Shown here: piece by piece, positions 33,142 through 42,917 of the stretch | How positions within the stretch are numbered: the stretch's first letter is position 1 | Layout: each line of letters begins with the position of its first letter | NCBI GenBank assembly: GCA_964252075.1 | Contig: CAXULY010000003.1 | Location: 113,469-177,468, forward strand | From: an uncultured Deinococcaceae bacterium | Lineage (GTDB): Bacteria; Deinococcota; Deinococci; Deinococcales; Deinococcaceae | Direction: 5' to 3' | Length of the DNA stretch: 64,000 nucleotides | The notes under the pieces: model-generated | What the model saw: only the letters and a program-made list of their open reading frames with translations | The model's database searches: none | Told to the model about the DNA's origin: nothing | Position numbers and translations under genes: made by a program

Positions 33142-33822
33142 ATGGAGCAAACAGCCAGCATCACCATCACGCGCGAGGACCAGGCGCGCGCCCTCAGTCA
33201 GAACGTCGGGTTCCTGGCGCAATTCGTGCAGCCGCGCTCGCCCAGCGAGGTCGCGCCGAGACTCGGCATGGCCGCGAACCTCGTGCACCACCACGCGCGC
33301 AAGCTGGAGGCGCTGGGTCTGCTGTTCGAGCAGCGGCGCGAGGGCGGTCGGGTGTACCACCAGCTGGCAGCCCTGGAGTTCCGCCACGCGCACGACCTGC
33401 TACCGCCCGAGGACCCGGACGAGAACGTCGTGCGCCACCTGCGCTCGCTCTCCGAGCAGTTCGTGGCGGCGCACGCCCGGTCCTGGCGGGTGGCGGAGCG
33501 CGAGGGCGACCAGGGACAGATGGTGTTCGGCTTCGGCGCGGAGGTGCCCGTGCGCCCCACCGCCCCGCCCATGGAGCCGCACCCCACGCACTTTGACCGC
33601 GTCACGCTGCGCCTGACGCCGGAGCGGTACCAGCGGCTGGCGCGGGACCTCAGCCGCCTGATGGACGAAGCGATGCGGGAGGTGGAGGCGGCCGGGCGGG
33701 GTGCGATGGGTGCGCCCTGCACCCTGGCGGTGCTGGCGTACCAGGGTGAGCTGGCGCTGATCGGCGAGGGCACGGGACGCGCCATCAGCAGCTTCCTGGC
33801 GGGGGCCGCGGCGCCCGCCTAG
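33142..33822 (+). CDS. Winged-helix (ArsR-like) DNA-binding protein
   Basis: SPSEVAPRLGMAANLVHHHARKLEALGLL HTH. Confidence 0.75.
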   Translation: MEQTASITITREDQARALSQNVGFLAQFVQPRSPSEVAPRLGMAANLVHHHARKLEALGLLFEQRREGGRVYHQLAALEFRHAHDLLPPEDPDENVVRHLRSLSEQFVAAHARSWRVAEREGDQGQMVFGFGAEVPVRPTAPPMEPHPTHFDRVTLRLTPERYQRLARDLSRLMDEAMREVEAAGRGAMGAPCTLAVLAYQGELALIGEGTGRAISSFLAGAAAPA

Positions 33823-34154
33823 TTCAGCACGCGGATGATGGTGCGCGTGCCGGTCGCGCCGCCGCCTGTGAGGGTGCAGGTGAAGCGCAGCGGGTCGCCG
33901 TCCACCCGCGCCGTGCTGGTCCATACCCAGCGGTCGCCGCTCCAGCTGGGTCCTTCGTTGCCGCCACCTGTCACTGACCCGCCGAGGTTCTGCGCGAGGC
34001 CCTTCAGGCACGCGTCGCGCACGGCGCCGGGGGTCAGCTTCGCCAGCGGTGAGGGCGCGAGTCCGAGCAGATGCCCTTCGGCGACCTTCCAGATCAGTGT
34101 GCCCAGCACGGCGGCCACCACCAGCCAGATCACCGCCGCGCGCGAGAACTTCAC
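33819..34154 (-). CDS. Hypothetical membrane-anchored/secreted protein
   Basis: N-terminal TM, two Cys; TAGCCT 6 nt before GTG. Confidence 0.7.
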   Translation of the reverse strand: MKFSRAAVIWLVVAAVLGTLIWKVAEGHLLGLAPSPLAKLTPGAVRDACLKGLAQNLGGSVTGGGNEGPSWSGDRWVWTSTARVDGDPLRFTCTLTGGGATGTRTIIRVLN

Positions 34155-34183
34155 GCCGTCAGGCTAGCGCGGTGGGCAGCGCC

Positions 34184-34702
34184 TCACGTCAGCGCGCCCA
34201 GGTCCGGCCAGCCGTACGCGACCGCGCGCAGCTCACCTTCGGGGATGACCTCGGTCCGTTCCCGGAGTGCCTGTCCACCCAGGTGAGCGTAGAAGGCGCG
34301 CGTGGGGTTCGTGGCGAGCACCCACAGCATCAGGTTGCGGTGCCCGAGGGCGTGCAGGGCGCGGGCGAGCGCCTGGACCAGGGCGCGTCCGGCGCCCTCG
34401 CCCTGCGCGGCTCGCAGCAGGTACAGGGCGTACACTTCGCCACCATAGCCGGGGAAGTCGCGGGCGGGGCCGCCCGCGATGAAGCCCGTGACCTCGCCCG
34501 CCCGCTCTGTGACGAGCAGCACCTGCCCTTCGCGCGTGGCGGCGGCGCGCCAGCCGCGCTCGGATTGCGCGCGCCGCTCCTCGCCCGTCATGTGGTGCAG
34601 GAAGGCGGGCGGCACGAGGCCCGCGTAGGTCTCGCGCCAGCTTTGGGTGTGCACGCGCGCGATGGCGGGCGCGTCGCCGGGCGTGGCGGGCCGGATGGTC
34701 AC
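34184..34702 (-). CDS. GNAT family N-acetyltransferase
   Basis: IRPATPGDA, EVYALYL..AQGEGAGRAL, WVLATN..AFY; GTGA overlap. Confidence 0.9.
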   Translation of the reverse strand: MTIRPATPGDAPAIARVHTQSWRETYAGLVPPAFLHHMTGEERRAQSERGWRAAATREGQVLLVTERAGEVTGFIAGGPARDFPGYGGEVYALYLLRAAQGEGAGRALVQALARALHALGHRNLMLWVLATNPTRAFYAHLGGQALRERTEVIPEGELRAVAYGWPDLGALT

Positions 34703-35340
34703 TCCTGCTCCTTCAGCCAGTCCTCGTAGCGGATGCGGGGGAGTTCGAAGGTGTCCTGCGCGCGGGCGTACCCGCCGCGCCCCCCCATGCGCGCGATGAG
34801 CTGCAGCGCGGGGGTGTTCACGAGGTGGCGGGCGGGGTCCAGCATGAGGTCCTCGCGGATGGTGAGGCCCAGCACCTCCCCGATGATCACGCGGTTGCGC
34901 CCGATGGTGAGGGTGGTGTGCTCCACGCACTCCAGGCTGACGGGGCTCTGCGCGATGCGCGGGGCGTTGCCGTGGCGGCTCTCCTGCAGGGTGAGGCCCG
35001 CCACTTCGGGTTCGCTGGTGCCGGGCGGGAAGTCGGTGGCGGTGAGGTTCATGGCGTCCGCCAGTTCGGCGCTCACGAGGTTCACCACGAAGTGCGCGCC
35101 GTGCCGGACGTTGCGCGCGGTGTCCTTGGGCGTGCCGTCCGGGCGGTCGCCGGGCGCGAAGGCCACGATGGGCGGCTCGCTGCCCATGATGCCGAAGTAA
35201 CTGAAGGGCGCGGCGTTCACGGTGCCGTCCGGCGCGCGGCTGGTGACCCAGGCGATGGGGCGCGGCACCACCACGCCCGTGAAGAGCTTGTACGCGTCGG
35301 CGGGCGTGAGGGCGCGCAGGTCGTAGTGCGTGAAGGCCAT
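34699..35340 (-). CDS. Flavin reductase family protein
   Basis: VVPRPIAWV, NAAPFSYF, KDTARN, RMGGRGGY; TACTGT 6 nt before ATG. Confidence 0.9.
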   Translation of the reverse strand: MAFTHYDLRALTPADAYKLFTGVVVPRPIAWVTSRAPDGTVNAAPFSYFGIMGSEPPIVAFAPGDRPDGTPKDTARNVRHGAHFVVNLVSAELADAMNLTATDFPPGTSEPEVAGLTLQESRHGNAPRIAQSPVSLECVEHTTLTIGRNRVIIGEVLGLTIREDLMLDPARHLVNTPALQLIARMGGRGGYARAQDTFELPRIRYEDWLKEQE

Positions 35341-35464
35341 GCGCCCACAGTACGGCGTGCGGCGCTGACGGCTGAGCATGGGAAGCACGTAAAGCCTTGC
35401 GTGAGGCGCGGCGCGCGGCGCCCCTCCTACAATGCCTGCATTCGTAGGGAAGCCAGGAGGCCTC

Positions 35465-36376
35465 ATGGACTGGGAGAACATGCGGGAGAGCAGCAACGTC
35501 GAGGACCGCCGCGGTCAGGGTGGGGGCGGCTTCGGGCTGCCGGGCGGCGGCGTGGCGGTGGGGGGTGGCGCGGCCATCATCATTGCGATCATCAGCTTGA
35601 TCTTCGGGATCAATCCCGCCTCCATCCTGGGCGGTGGGGGCAGCACGCAGGGACAAGGTCAGGGGCAATCGCTGCCGCAGACGCAGGGGGGCCGGACGGC
35701 GCAGGGGGGCAGTGCCGCCAGCGAGGACGAGGGGCGGCGCTTCGCGTCGAAGATCCTGGGGAGCACCGAGGACGCCTGGGGCAGCATCTTCCAGAAGGCC
35801 GGGCAGACGTACACGCCGCCCCATCTGGTGCTGTACACGGGCAGCACGAACACCGGCTGCGGGCAGGGGGACGCGGCGGTCGGGCCGTTCTACTGCCCGC
35901 GCGACAGCCGCGTGTACCTGGACCTGGATTTTTTCAGTGAGCTGCAGAGCCGCTTCGGGGCAGGCGGAGACTTCGCGGACGCGTACGTGATCGCGCACGA
36001 GGTGGGGCATCACGTGCAGAACCTGCTGGGCATCTCGGATAAGGTGGAGCAGGCGCAGGCGCGCGCCAGCGAGACGGGCGCGAACCAGCTGTCCGTGCGG
36101 CTGGAGCTGCAGGCGGACTGCTTCGCGGGCATCTGGGGCAATTACGCGCGCAGCATTCAGGCGGACAACATCACGCAGGCGGACATCCAGCAGGCCGTGA
36201 CGGCCGCGCAGGCCATCGGGGACGACGCGCTGCAGCGTGCGGGGCAGGGCTACGTGGTGCCGGACAGCTTCACGCACGGGTCGAGCGCGCAGCGGGTGAA
36301 GTGGTTCACGCGCGGCCTGCAGAGCGGCAACATCGACAACTGCGACACCTTCAAGCCCGCGTACGGCAGCCTGTAG
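35465..36376 (+). CDS. Neutral zinc metallopeptidase (YpfJ-like)
   Basis: [41 protein letters not shown]. Confidence 0.93.
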   Translation: MDWENMRESSNVEDRRGQGGGGFGLPGGGVAVGGGAAIIIAIISLIFGINPASILGGGGSTQGQGQGQSLPQTQGGRTAQGGSAASEDEGRRFASKILGSTEDAWGSIFQKAGQTYTPPHLVLYTGSTNTGCGQGDAAVGPFYCPRDSRVYLDLDFFSELQSRFGAGGDFADAYVIAHEVGHHVQNLLGISDKVEQAQARASETGANQLSVRLELQADCFAGIWGNYARSIQADNITQADIQQAVTAAQAIGDDALQRAGQGYVVPDSFTHGSSAQRVKWFTRGLQSGNIDNCDTFKPAYGSL

Positions 36377-36445
36377 CGTGCGGGGCGGCGTGAGCGGTGG
36401 GCCGCCTCACGAACGCGGGGGCGCGGGGACGCCACACTGGACCTT

Positions 36446-37141
36446 GTGCCCGCACCCCTGACTTCCGCGCTCGTGGACGCGGTGCCCGTGACCATCCGCC
36501 GCTCCGCGCGGCGCCGCACCGTGATGCTGCGCGTCACGGAGGGCGGCGTGACCCTGCACGCGCCGCCGCACGTGCCGGAGGCGGAGTTGCTGCGGTTCGT
36601 GGAGCGCAAGCGCGCGTGGGTGGAGAAGCACCTGCGGGCCTTCGCGTCGCGCGTGCGCCCCGGTTACCAGTTCGAGGACGGCGAGGCGCTGCCGTTTTTC
36701 GGTGAGGCGCTCACCGTGCGCCTGTGCGGGGAGGCGCGCGCGGAGCGGGTGGGCCATGAGCTGCGCGTGCCGCCCGGCCCGCTGGAGGCGCGGCGGCGCG
36801 CGGTGGAGGCCCACTACCGCCGGGAGGCGCTCCGGTACTTTCAGCGGCAGGCGCGGGAGGACGCGCGGCGGCTGGGGTGCGCGGTGGCGGACGTGAAGCT
36901 CACGGAGGCGCGCACCCGCTGGGGCAGCTGCACCGCGGCGGGCGTGCTGCGCTTCAACTGGCGCATCGCGCTCGCGCCGCGCGCGGTGGCGGAGTACCTG
37001 AGCGCGCACGAGGTGGCGCACCTGCGCGAGATGAACCACGGCCCGCGCTTCTGGCAGACGGTGGCGGGCCTGTGCCCGGAGTACCCGCGCTGGCGCGAGG
37101 TGCTGCGCCGCGACGGGCATACCTATACCCTGGGCGAGTGA
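36446..37141 (+). CDS. M48-like metallopeptidase / YgjP (DUF45) family
   Basis: RWGSC, FNWR, HEVAHL.EMNH..FW. Confidence 0.9.
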   Translation: MPAPLTSALVDAVPVTIRRSARRRTVMLRVTEGGVTLHAPPHVPEAELLRFVERKRAWVEKHLRAFASRVRPGYQFEDGEALPFFGEALTVRLCGEARAERVGHELRVPPGPLEARRRAVEAHYRREALRYFQRQAREDARRLGCAVADVKLTEARTRWGSCTAAGVLRFNWRIALAPRAVAEYLSAHEVAHLREMNHGPRFWQTVAGLCPEYPRWREVLRRDGHTYTLGE

Positions 37142-37845
37142 TCTCCGGGCGGGCCGGACGTGCCAGGGTCGTGCGCGTCCCCGAAGCTGCCGGGTTCGCG
37201 CGCGTGCTGCTGCGCGCGGCGCAGGCGCGGCCAGGAGATCAGCGCGAGGCCGCTCACCCACGCGAGGCCCGCCGCCCAGCCGCCGATGACGTCGGTGGGG
37301 TAATGCACGCCCACGTACACGCGCGCGAGGCCCATCGTCAGGACGTACAGGCCGCCCACCAGCATGAGGGGCACGCGCCAGCGGGTGCGCCACACCAGCG
37401 CCACCAGCGTCGCGATGAGCGCCATGGCCATGGTGGCGTGCCCGCTCGGGAAGGAGTAGTCGTTCTCCGTCCAGAGTTTCACCAGCACGTCCGGCCGGGT
37501 GCGCTGGAAGAAGGACTTGAACACCACGTTCAGCAGCATGGCGCCGCCCACGCCCAGGATGAAGAAGCGCGCCATGGCGTGCGATTTGCGCCACAGCAGC
37601 ACCGCGATCAGCAGGCACACGGGCAGCATGGCGGTGAGGCTGCCGAACCAGCTGAAGGCCAGCGCGACGTCCCTGAAGAACGGGGGGGCGTCGGCGCGCA
37701 GGTCCCGCATGAGGGGGACTTCCCACGTGAAGGGCTCGCGTTCGTGCACGTCCTCGGCGATGTCGCCGAACACCCACAGGGGCAGCGCGATGCACAGCGC
37801 GAGCGCCAGCAGGCGCGGCCAGTAGGAACGCAGCCACGCGACCAT
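37123..37845 (-). CDS. PAP2 family phosphatase
   Basis: K..FQRTRP, SFPSGH, ARVYVGVHYPTD. Confidence 0.93.
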   Translation of the reverse strand: MVAWLRSYWPRLLALALCIALPLWVFGDIAEDVHEREPFTWEVPLMRDLRADAPPFFRDVALAFSWFGSLTAMLPVCLLIAVLLWRKSHAMARFFILGVGGAMLLNVVFKSFFQRTRPDVLVKLWTENDYSFPSGHATMAMALIATLVALVWRTRWRVPLMLVGGLYVLTMGLARVYVGVHYPTDVIGGWAAGLAWVSGLALISWPRLRRAQQHAREPGSFGDAHDPGTSGPPGDHSPRV

Positions 37846-37956
37846 GCCGGCAGTCTAGTGGGGCTCAAGCTGCGCCCAGCGGAGCCTAAAGGCACGCCCA
37901 ACCCGCTACGCCGCACAGCGGATGTGACGTTGATGTTCGGGGGCTATGGTGAACCC

Positions 37957-38253
37957 ATGAGCGCTCCTCAACTTCCCGATGCCGAACAGCGCCTCGTCAC
38001 CGAATTCCTCGAACTGCTGGGCCGCGCGGCGGGCGCCAGCGCCCTGAGCTGGGAGGCCTGCAGCCTGCCGCGCGGCAGCACGCACGCCCGGGTGCGGTTC
38101 AGCGCGCACTTCAAGCGCCCGGTGCCGCTCACGGCGCTGCGCGAGGCGTACCGCGAGTGGCCCGCGCGCGGTCAGGGCGTCATGCTGGAGGCCGACACCT
38201 TCGACGGGCAGGCGCAGGACATCGAAGCGGACATGATCTACCGCCTGAACTGA
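37957..38253 (+). CDS. Hypothetical protein (98 aa)
   Basis: TATGGT 6 nt before ATG; host codon usage; followed by hairpin. Confidence 0.7.
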   Translation: MSAPQLPDAEQRLVTEFLELLGRAAGASALSWEACSLPRGSTHARVRFSAHFKRPVPLTALREAYREWPARGQGVMLEADTFDGQAQDIEADMIYRLN

Positions 38254-38321
38254 GGCGCGCGGGCGTGAGGGGGAGGGCCGCGCGGCCCTCCCCCATTGCC
38301 GTTCCCCGGTATAACGGGGGC

Positions 38322-38717
38322 GTGAGTGGCTCGGTGTGGGTGGGCGTCGCGGTGGGTGGGGCGCTGGGGGCGCTCGCCCGGTACGGCCTGTCGCTGTGGG
38401 TGCAGGCGCGCCTCGCGCCGGGCGCGTGGGCGGCCTTCCCGCTCGGCACGCTGATCATCAACGTGCTGGGGTCCTTCCTGCTGGCCGTCACGGTGACGCT
38501 CGCGGCGCGCGGCCTGCTGAGCGCGGAGGTGCGCCTGGCCTTCGGCACGGGCTTCGTGGGGGCCTTCACGACCTTCAGCACCTTCGAGTGGGAGACGCTG
38601 GGGCTGTTCAGTGGGGGCCGCGCCGCGTGGGGCGCGCTGTACCTGTTCGGGAACCTCGCGCTGGGGTACGCGGCGGTGCTGCTGGGCCGCGCGCTCGGCG
38701 AACGGCTGGGCGGGTGA
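38322..38717 (+). CDS. crcB: Fluoride efflux channel FluC/CrcB
   Basis: GGALGALARY, GTLIINVLGSF, GFVGAFTTFSTF; TATAAC 6 nt before GTG. Confidence 0.93.
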   Translation: MSGSVWVGVAVGGALGALARYGLSLWVQARLAPGAWAAFPLGTLIINVLGSFLLAVTVTLAARGLLSAEVRLAFGTGFVGAFTTFSTFEWETLGLFSGGRAAWGALYLFGNLALGYAAVLLGRALGERLGG

Positions 38718-38767
38718 CAGGCAGGGGGCGGCGGGCGTGACGCCCGCCGCCCCTGCGGGGCCGCGCT

Positions 38768-39226
38768 TCAGCGCGCGACGATCACGTCCACCTTGCAGCT
38801 GTGGTTCACCGCGTCGCTGATGCTGGCGCCCAGCACCGCGCCGAGCGCGCCGCGCTGGCGGCGGCCCAGCACCACCACGTCCGCGCCCGTCTGGGTGGCG
38901 GTCCGCACGATGCCCTCGGCGGCGCCGACGCCCGTGAGGAGGTGACCGCGCGCCCGCAGGCCCAGGCCGGCCGCTTCGCTCAGCACGCGGTCCAGCACCG
39001 CCTGCCGGCCATCGCGCAGGCGGCTGACGGCCTCCGCCTCGGCGCCCTCGCCGCCCGGCACGCCCGACGCGAAGTTCGCGAACACGCCGCCGCCCATGGG
39101 GACCGTCACGACGACTTCCAGTTCGGCGTTCAGGGTGCGCGCGAGGGTCATGGCGCGTTCCTCCGCGACGCGGGAGTGCGGCGCGCCGCCCGTGGCGAGC
39201 AGGATGCGGCGGTACGGGAAGGCCAC
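38768..39226 (-). CDS. Universal stress protein
   Basis: YRRILLATGG, ADVVVLGRR..G..LGASIS..V. Confidence 0.88.
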   Translation of the reverse strand: MAFPYRRILLATGGAPHSRVAEERAMTLARTLNAELEVVVTVPMGGGVFANFASGVPGGEGAEAEAVSRLRDGRQAVLDRVLSEAAGLGLRARGHLLTGVGAAEGIVRTATQTGADVVVLGRRQRGALGAVLGASISDAVNHSCKVDVIVAR

Positions 39227-39230
39227 CGCC

Positions 39231-39530
39231 TCACCGCTCCTCAAGGCGGCGCGTGCGGGCGGCGCGCTCCAGGTCGCCCAGTTGCGCGACGAGCGTGACG
39301 AGCAGCGCCATCAGGCTCACGCCGAGCAGCACGGCGCCCACCACCACGTCGTTTCTGGTGGTGGCGGTCCAGGTCTGTGCGGCGTCCTGGTGGCCCGTCA
39401 GGAAGGGCGAGAAGAGCGTCCAGGCGCCCACCAGGGCCAGCAGGATCAGCAGCCACACGCCGAGCTTCCCGCCGGGCTGCAAGCGCGCGGGGTCGTGCGG
39501 GTCATGGGGAATGAGCTGGGGGGCGCTCAC
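39231..39530 (-). CDS. Small two-TM membrane protein, SPW-repeat-like
   Basis: GAWTLFSPFLTG..NDVVVG; GTGA overlap with upstream gene. Confidence 0.7.
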   Translation of the reverse strand: MSAPQLIPHDPHDPARLQPGGKLGVWLLILLALVGAWTLFSPFLTGHQDAAQTWTATTRNDVVVGAVLLGVSLMALLVTLVAQLGDLERAARTRRLEER

Positions 39531-39967
39531 GCGTGCCTCCCATCGTCGGGGCGGGTGGGGCGCCCGATCTCCGTCTCGCGCCGCTCGGGGGTGCGGTCGT
39601 GGTTGCGGCGCAGGTCCTCGCTGAGCGCGGTGACGAGCGGCAGCAGCACGTCCTCTAGGCGGGTGTCCGCGCTGGGCGCGGCGGTCACCACGACGGGCGC
39701 GGGGGCGGGTTCCGGTTCGGGGCGGGCGGGGGCGCGCAGCAGGCCGCGCGCGTAGAGGTCGGCGCGCAACCCGGCGGCGAAGGCCATCACGGTGAGGGCG
39801 CCGATGAGCAGCACGCCGACGCCCGTCCAGACGTCACTGCTGGTCTGGCCGTTCCAGTCGCCGCTGCCCTGCGCGCCGAGCGCGAAGGGCGCGGCGATCA
39901 GCCAGCCACCCAGGATCAGGGTGAGGGCGCCCGTGATGGCGCCAGCGAGGTATTTCGTCATGGTCAT
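39527..39967 (-). CDS. Two-TM membrane protein, SPW-repeat-like, with Pro-rich linker and C-terminal helix
   Basis: GGWLIAAPFALG..SDVWTG; AAGGAG RBS. Confidence 0.75.
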   Translation of the reverse strand: MTMTKYLAGAITGALTLILGGWLIAAPFALGAQGSGDWNGQTSSDVWTGVGVLLIGALTVMAFAAGLRADLYARGLLRAPARPEPEPAPAPVVVTAAPSADTRLEDVLLPLVTALSEDLRRNHDRTPERRETEIGRPTRPDDGRHA

Positions 39968-39984
39968 GGTCTCCTTCGTGGGTG

Positions 39985-41802
39985 TCAGTCGGTGGCGGCG
40001 GGGCTGACGGGGGGCCGCTCGCCTCCCGCGAGGTCGCGGGCGAGGGGCAGCAGCACGGTGCGCGCGGCTTCACGCGGGTCGTGGCTGGGCACCATGCGGC
40101 CCAGCGCTCGGGTGAGGGCCGGGTAGCGGTCGGGGTCCTGCGTGGCGAGGCGCGCGACCTGCACGAGCAGCACGCCGGCGAGCGCACGGGTGCGGGCGCT
40201 GGGGGCGGCGGGCGTGGGCGTGAGCGTCTCGGTGGGGCGGCGCTTGAGGTTCAAGTTCGGCAGGAACAGGGACGCGATGAAGGCGACCGCCGCGAGCACC
40301 CCCGCCAGCAGGAACACGTGCGCGACGGCCGAGGCGGTGGTGACGCGCAGCGCCGCCAGGATGCGCTCGAAGCCCGCCTCGCCAATCACGGCGCTCACGG
40401 CGCGTTGCACGGTGCTGTGCACCTCGGGGCTGGTCAGCACGCTGGTGTTGCTGGCCGCGGCGAGCAGCTCTCCGGGCAGGCGCGCCGCTTCGGGCGGGAG
40501 GTGCTGCGCGACGCTGCGCAGGTCGGCGCTCTCGACCGCGCCGAACACGGCGGCGCCGATGGTCATGCCCATGTTGCGGAAGAACTGGTTGGCGCTGGTC
40601 GTCATGCCGAGCTGCTCGCGCGGGGTGCTGCTCTGCACGGCGAGCGTGAAGAGGCTGTTGGTGGGGCCCAGGCCCATGCCGAGCAGCACCATCAGCACGG
40701 TCGCCTGCCACACGGGGGTGTTCACGTTCAGCAGGCCGCCCAGGCCGAGCGCGACGGCCATCACGAAGAGGCCCGCCAGGATGAAGCTCTTGTAGTGCCC
40801 GGTGCGGGACACCGCGAGGCCCGCGAGGGTGCTGGTGGCGACGAGGCCCAGCATCAGGGGGGTGAGGACCACGCCGGAGTTCGACGCGGACTGCCCCTTC
40901 ACGCCCTGCATGAACTGCGGGAGGTACAGGATGGCGCTGTACATGCCGGCCATGCTCAGGAAGCCCGCGAAGTTCGCGAGGGTGAAGGTCTGGTTCTTGA
41001 AGAGCCGCAGTTCCAGGATGGGGCTGGGCACGCGCAGCTGCCACCACACGAACAGCGCCCCGAACACGACCGCCCCGGCGAAGAGCGACACGACCGGCCA
41101 GGCGCCCCAGGCGTAGGTGGTGCCGCCCCAGGTGAGGGCCAGCATCAGGGGCACGATGCACAGCACCAGCAGGAGGGCGCCGGGCAGGTCCACGCGGGAT
41201 TTGGTGCGGCGGGTCTTGACGTGCAGGTACCGCACGATGAACAGGAAGCTGACGAGCGCGAAGGGCAGGTTCACGAAGAACACCGAGCGCCACGACAGGT
41301 GGTCGGTCAGGAAGCCGCCTGCGAGCGGCCCCACCACGCTGGAGAGGCCGAACACGGCGCCCATCAGGCCGCCGTACTTGCCGCGCTCGATGGGCGTGAA
41401 GATGTCCCCGACCGTCGCGAAGGCCATGCTCATGAGGGCGCCGCCGCCGAGGCCCTGCAGGGCGCGGAAGGCGATGAGTTCCCCCATGCTCTGGCTGAGG
41501 CCGCTCAGCACGGAGCCCACCGAGAACAGCACGATGCCGAGCAGCAGGATGGGTTTGCGCCCGTAAATGTCGCTGAGCTTGCCGTAGATGGGCGTGGCGA
41601 CCGTGAGGGCCAGGGTGTAGGCGGTGAAGGCCCAGGTGTACAGCTTCACGCCGCCGAGTTCCGCGATGATGCGCGGGAGGGCGGTGCTCACGACGGTGCT
41701 GCTGAGCGACGACAGGAACAGCACGAGCAGCACGCCCGCGAAGGCCAGCATCTTGTCGCGGTGTGCGAGGCCGCCGGGGGCGGGGTGGGTGGGGGCGCTC
41801 AT
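39985..41802 (-). CDS. DHA2/MDR-type 14-TM MFS transporter with C-terminal extension
   Basis: GKLSDIYGRK, RALQGLGGG, GPLAGGFLTD.LSWRSVFFVNLP. Confidence 0.93.
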   Translation of the reverse strand: MSAPTHPAPGGLAHRDKMLAFAGVLLVLFLSSLSSTVVSTALPRIIAELGGVKLYTWAFTAYTLALTVATPIYGKLSDIYGRKPILLLGIVLFSVGSVLSGLSQSMGELIAFRALQGLGGGALMSMAFATVGDIFTPIERGKYGGLMGAVFGLSSVVGPLAGGFLTDHLSWRSVFFVNLPFALVSFLFIVRYLHVKTRRTKSRVDLPGALLLVLCIVPLMLALTWGGTTYAWGAWPVVSLFAGAVVFGALFVWWQLRVPSPILELRLFKNQTFTLANFAGFLSMAGMYSAILYLPQFMQGVKGQSASNSGVVLTPLMLGLVATSTLAGLAVSRTGHYKSFILAGLFVMAVALGLGGLLNVNTPVWQATVLMVLLGMGLGPTNSLFTLAVQSSTPREQLGMTTSANQFFRNMGMTIGAAVFGAVESADLRSVAQHLPPEAARLPGELLAAASNTSVLTSPEVHSTVQRAVSAVIGEAGFERILAALRVTTASAVAHVFLLAGVLAAVAFIASLFLPNLNLKRRPTETLTPTPAAPSARTRALAGVLLVQVARLATQDPDRYPALTRALGRMVPSHDPREAARTVLLPLARDLAGGERPPVSPAATD

Positions 41803-41815
41803 CGGGGGGCTCCGT

Positions 41816-42268
41816 TCATAGGGCCACCCGCGCGCCCGCGCTGAGGCCGAGGCCCGCTTCGAGGCGGTGGAGGGCGCCGTCGAGGCGTTCGAGCTCCCCG
41901 GCGGGGAGGTCCAGGCGCGGCTCGAGTTCCTGGCGGATGATCTGGCGGGCCGCGTGGAGCGCCTGCTGGCCCTTTCCGGTCAGGTGCATGCGGTGGCGGC
42001 GCAGGTCGCTGGGGTCCATCTGGCGTTCGATGTGGCCGCGCGCGACGAGTCCGTCGAGCAGGCGGCTGGTGGTGGGGAGCGGCGTGCCGAGCACCGCGCC
42101 GATGGTGCTGGGGTAGGCGTGGCCCTCGTCGATGGCGAGCAGGGCGAGGAGTTCGCCGGAGCGCAGGCCGAGTTCGCGGGTGAGGGTGGGCTGCACGAGC
42201 AGTGAGCAGGCGCGCGCGAGGCGCCGCATGCGGCCCACGAGGCCGAGGGGAGTGACGGAGCTGGTCAT
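41816..42268 (-). CDS. MarR family transcriptional regulator
   Basis: TTSRLLDGLVARGHIER..DPSDLRR..LTGKG. Confidence 0.88.
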   Translation of the reverse strand: MTSSVTPLGLVGRMRRLARACSLLVQPTLTRELGLRSGELLALLAIDEGHAYPSTIGAVLGTPLPTTSRLLDGLVARGHIERQMDPSDLRRHRMHLTGKGQQALHAARQIIRQELEPRLDLPAGELERLDGALHRLEAGLGLSAGARVAL

Positions 42269-42284
42269 GGGGCCAGCCTCAGCG

Positions 42285-42312
42285 AATCTACTTCCATATA
42301 GAAATATTGATT
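42285..42312. promoter_or_regulatory. AT-rich near-palindrome, probable MarR operator
   Basis: AATCTACTTCCATATAGAAATATTGATT directly upstream of marR. Confidence 0.55.
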
Positions 42313-42440
42313 CCTAAAGCAGTTGTGCGCCAGCGCCCGCGTCACAAACTAAGCAAAGGCTCACGCTTCAGTCCACCAGCGGTGAAGGCCGCTTTACGGC
42401 CACCTCAACCGCACCGCCACCCCACATGCCAGGGTGGCCC

Positions 42441-42665
42441 ATGACCGACAACCACGACACCCACAACTCCCCGCAAAAACACCGCAGCTTCGACAGCGAG
42501 AGCGCCACCAAAATGCCCAACAACGACAGCCGCGGCGTCGTGCAGGACCAGCCCGGCACCACCGAGACGGGCCTCGCCACCGAGGACAACAGCGGCGACG
42601 GCTTCCTCACGCCCGGCACGCCCGGCATTGAATCCAGCACGGACGACAACCTCACCGACGAGTAA
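42441..42665 (+). CDS. Small acidic, likely disordered protein (74 aa)
   Basis: D/T/S/G/N-rich ORF with strong C-ending codon bias, followed by a long hairpin. Confidence 0.7.
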   Translation: MTDNHDTHNSPQKHRSFDSESATKMPNNDSRGVVQDQPGTTETGLATEDNSGDGFLTPGTPGIESSTDDNLTDE

Positions 42666-42706
42666 ACCGTGAGGCGACCACCCGCCCCACCAAGGCTCAC
42701 TTCCAG

Positions 42707-42754
42707 CGCAGGGCCAGCGGGTGACGCAGCTGTGCGTCACCCGCTGGCCTTGCG
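42707..42754. terminator. 22-bp inverted repeat (one mismatch)
   Basis: CGCAGGGCCAGCGGGTGACGCA-GCTG-TGCGTCACCCGCTGGCCTTGCG. Confidence 0.6.
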
Positions 42755-42760
42755 TCCCTC

Positions 42761-42917
42761 AAAAAAGAAGCGCGGACTGGGACCATGGCCTCAGATCCGC
42801 GCGCCAACGCCTGAGCACCGTCTGGTGCTCAGACCCGGGGTAATCGACGATGGGTGGCGCTGTCTGAACTGGACGCCAGCGCCCCCACCCTCCCGCTGAT
42901 GCGGCGCGGTGAGCGGT
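42761..42917 (-). ncRNA. Candidate structured small RNA of unknown family
   Basis: TGGCATGAT extended -10-like box upstream; three hairpins, the last followed by TTCTTTTTT; no credible ORF. Confidence 0.45.

Noticed and set aside
38254..38321. Fluoride riboswitch upstream of crcB
   Set aside because: No matching consensus; the region is a hairpin plus a -10 box 6 nt from the GTG, so there is no leader.
42740..42760. GGGACGCAAGGCC on minus strand resembling part of a c-di-GMP-I riboswitch
   Set aside because: Upstream GGCAAAC/GAAA elements are absent and the segment is part of a long inverted repeat.
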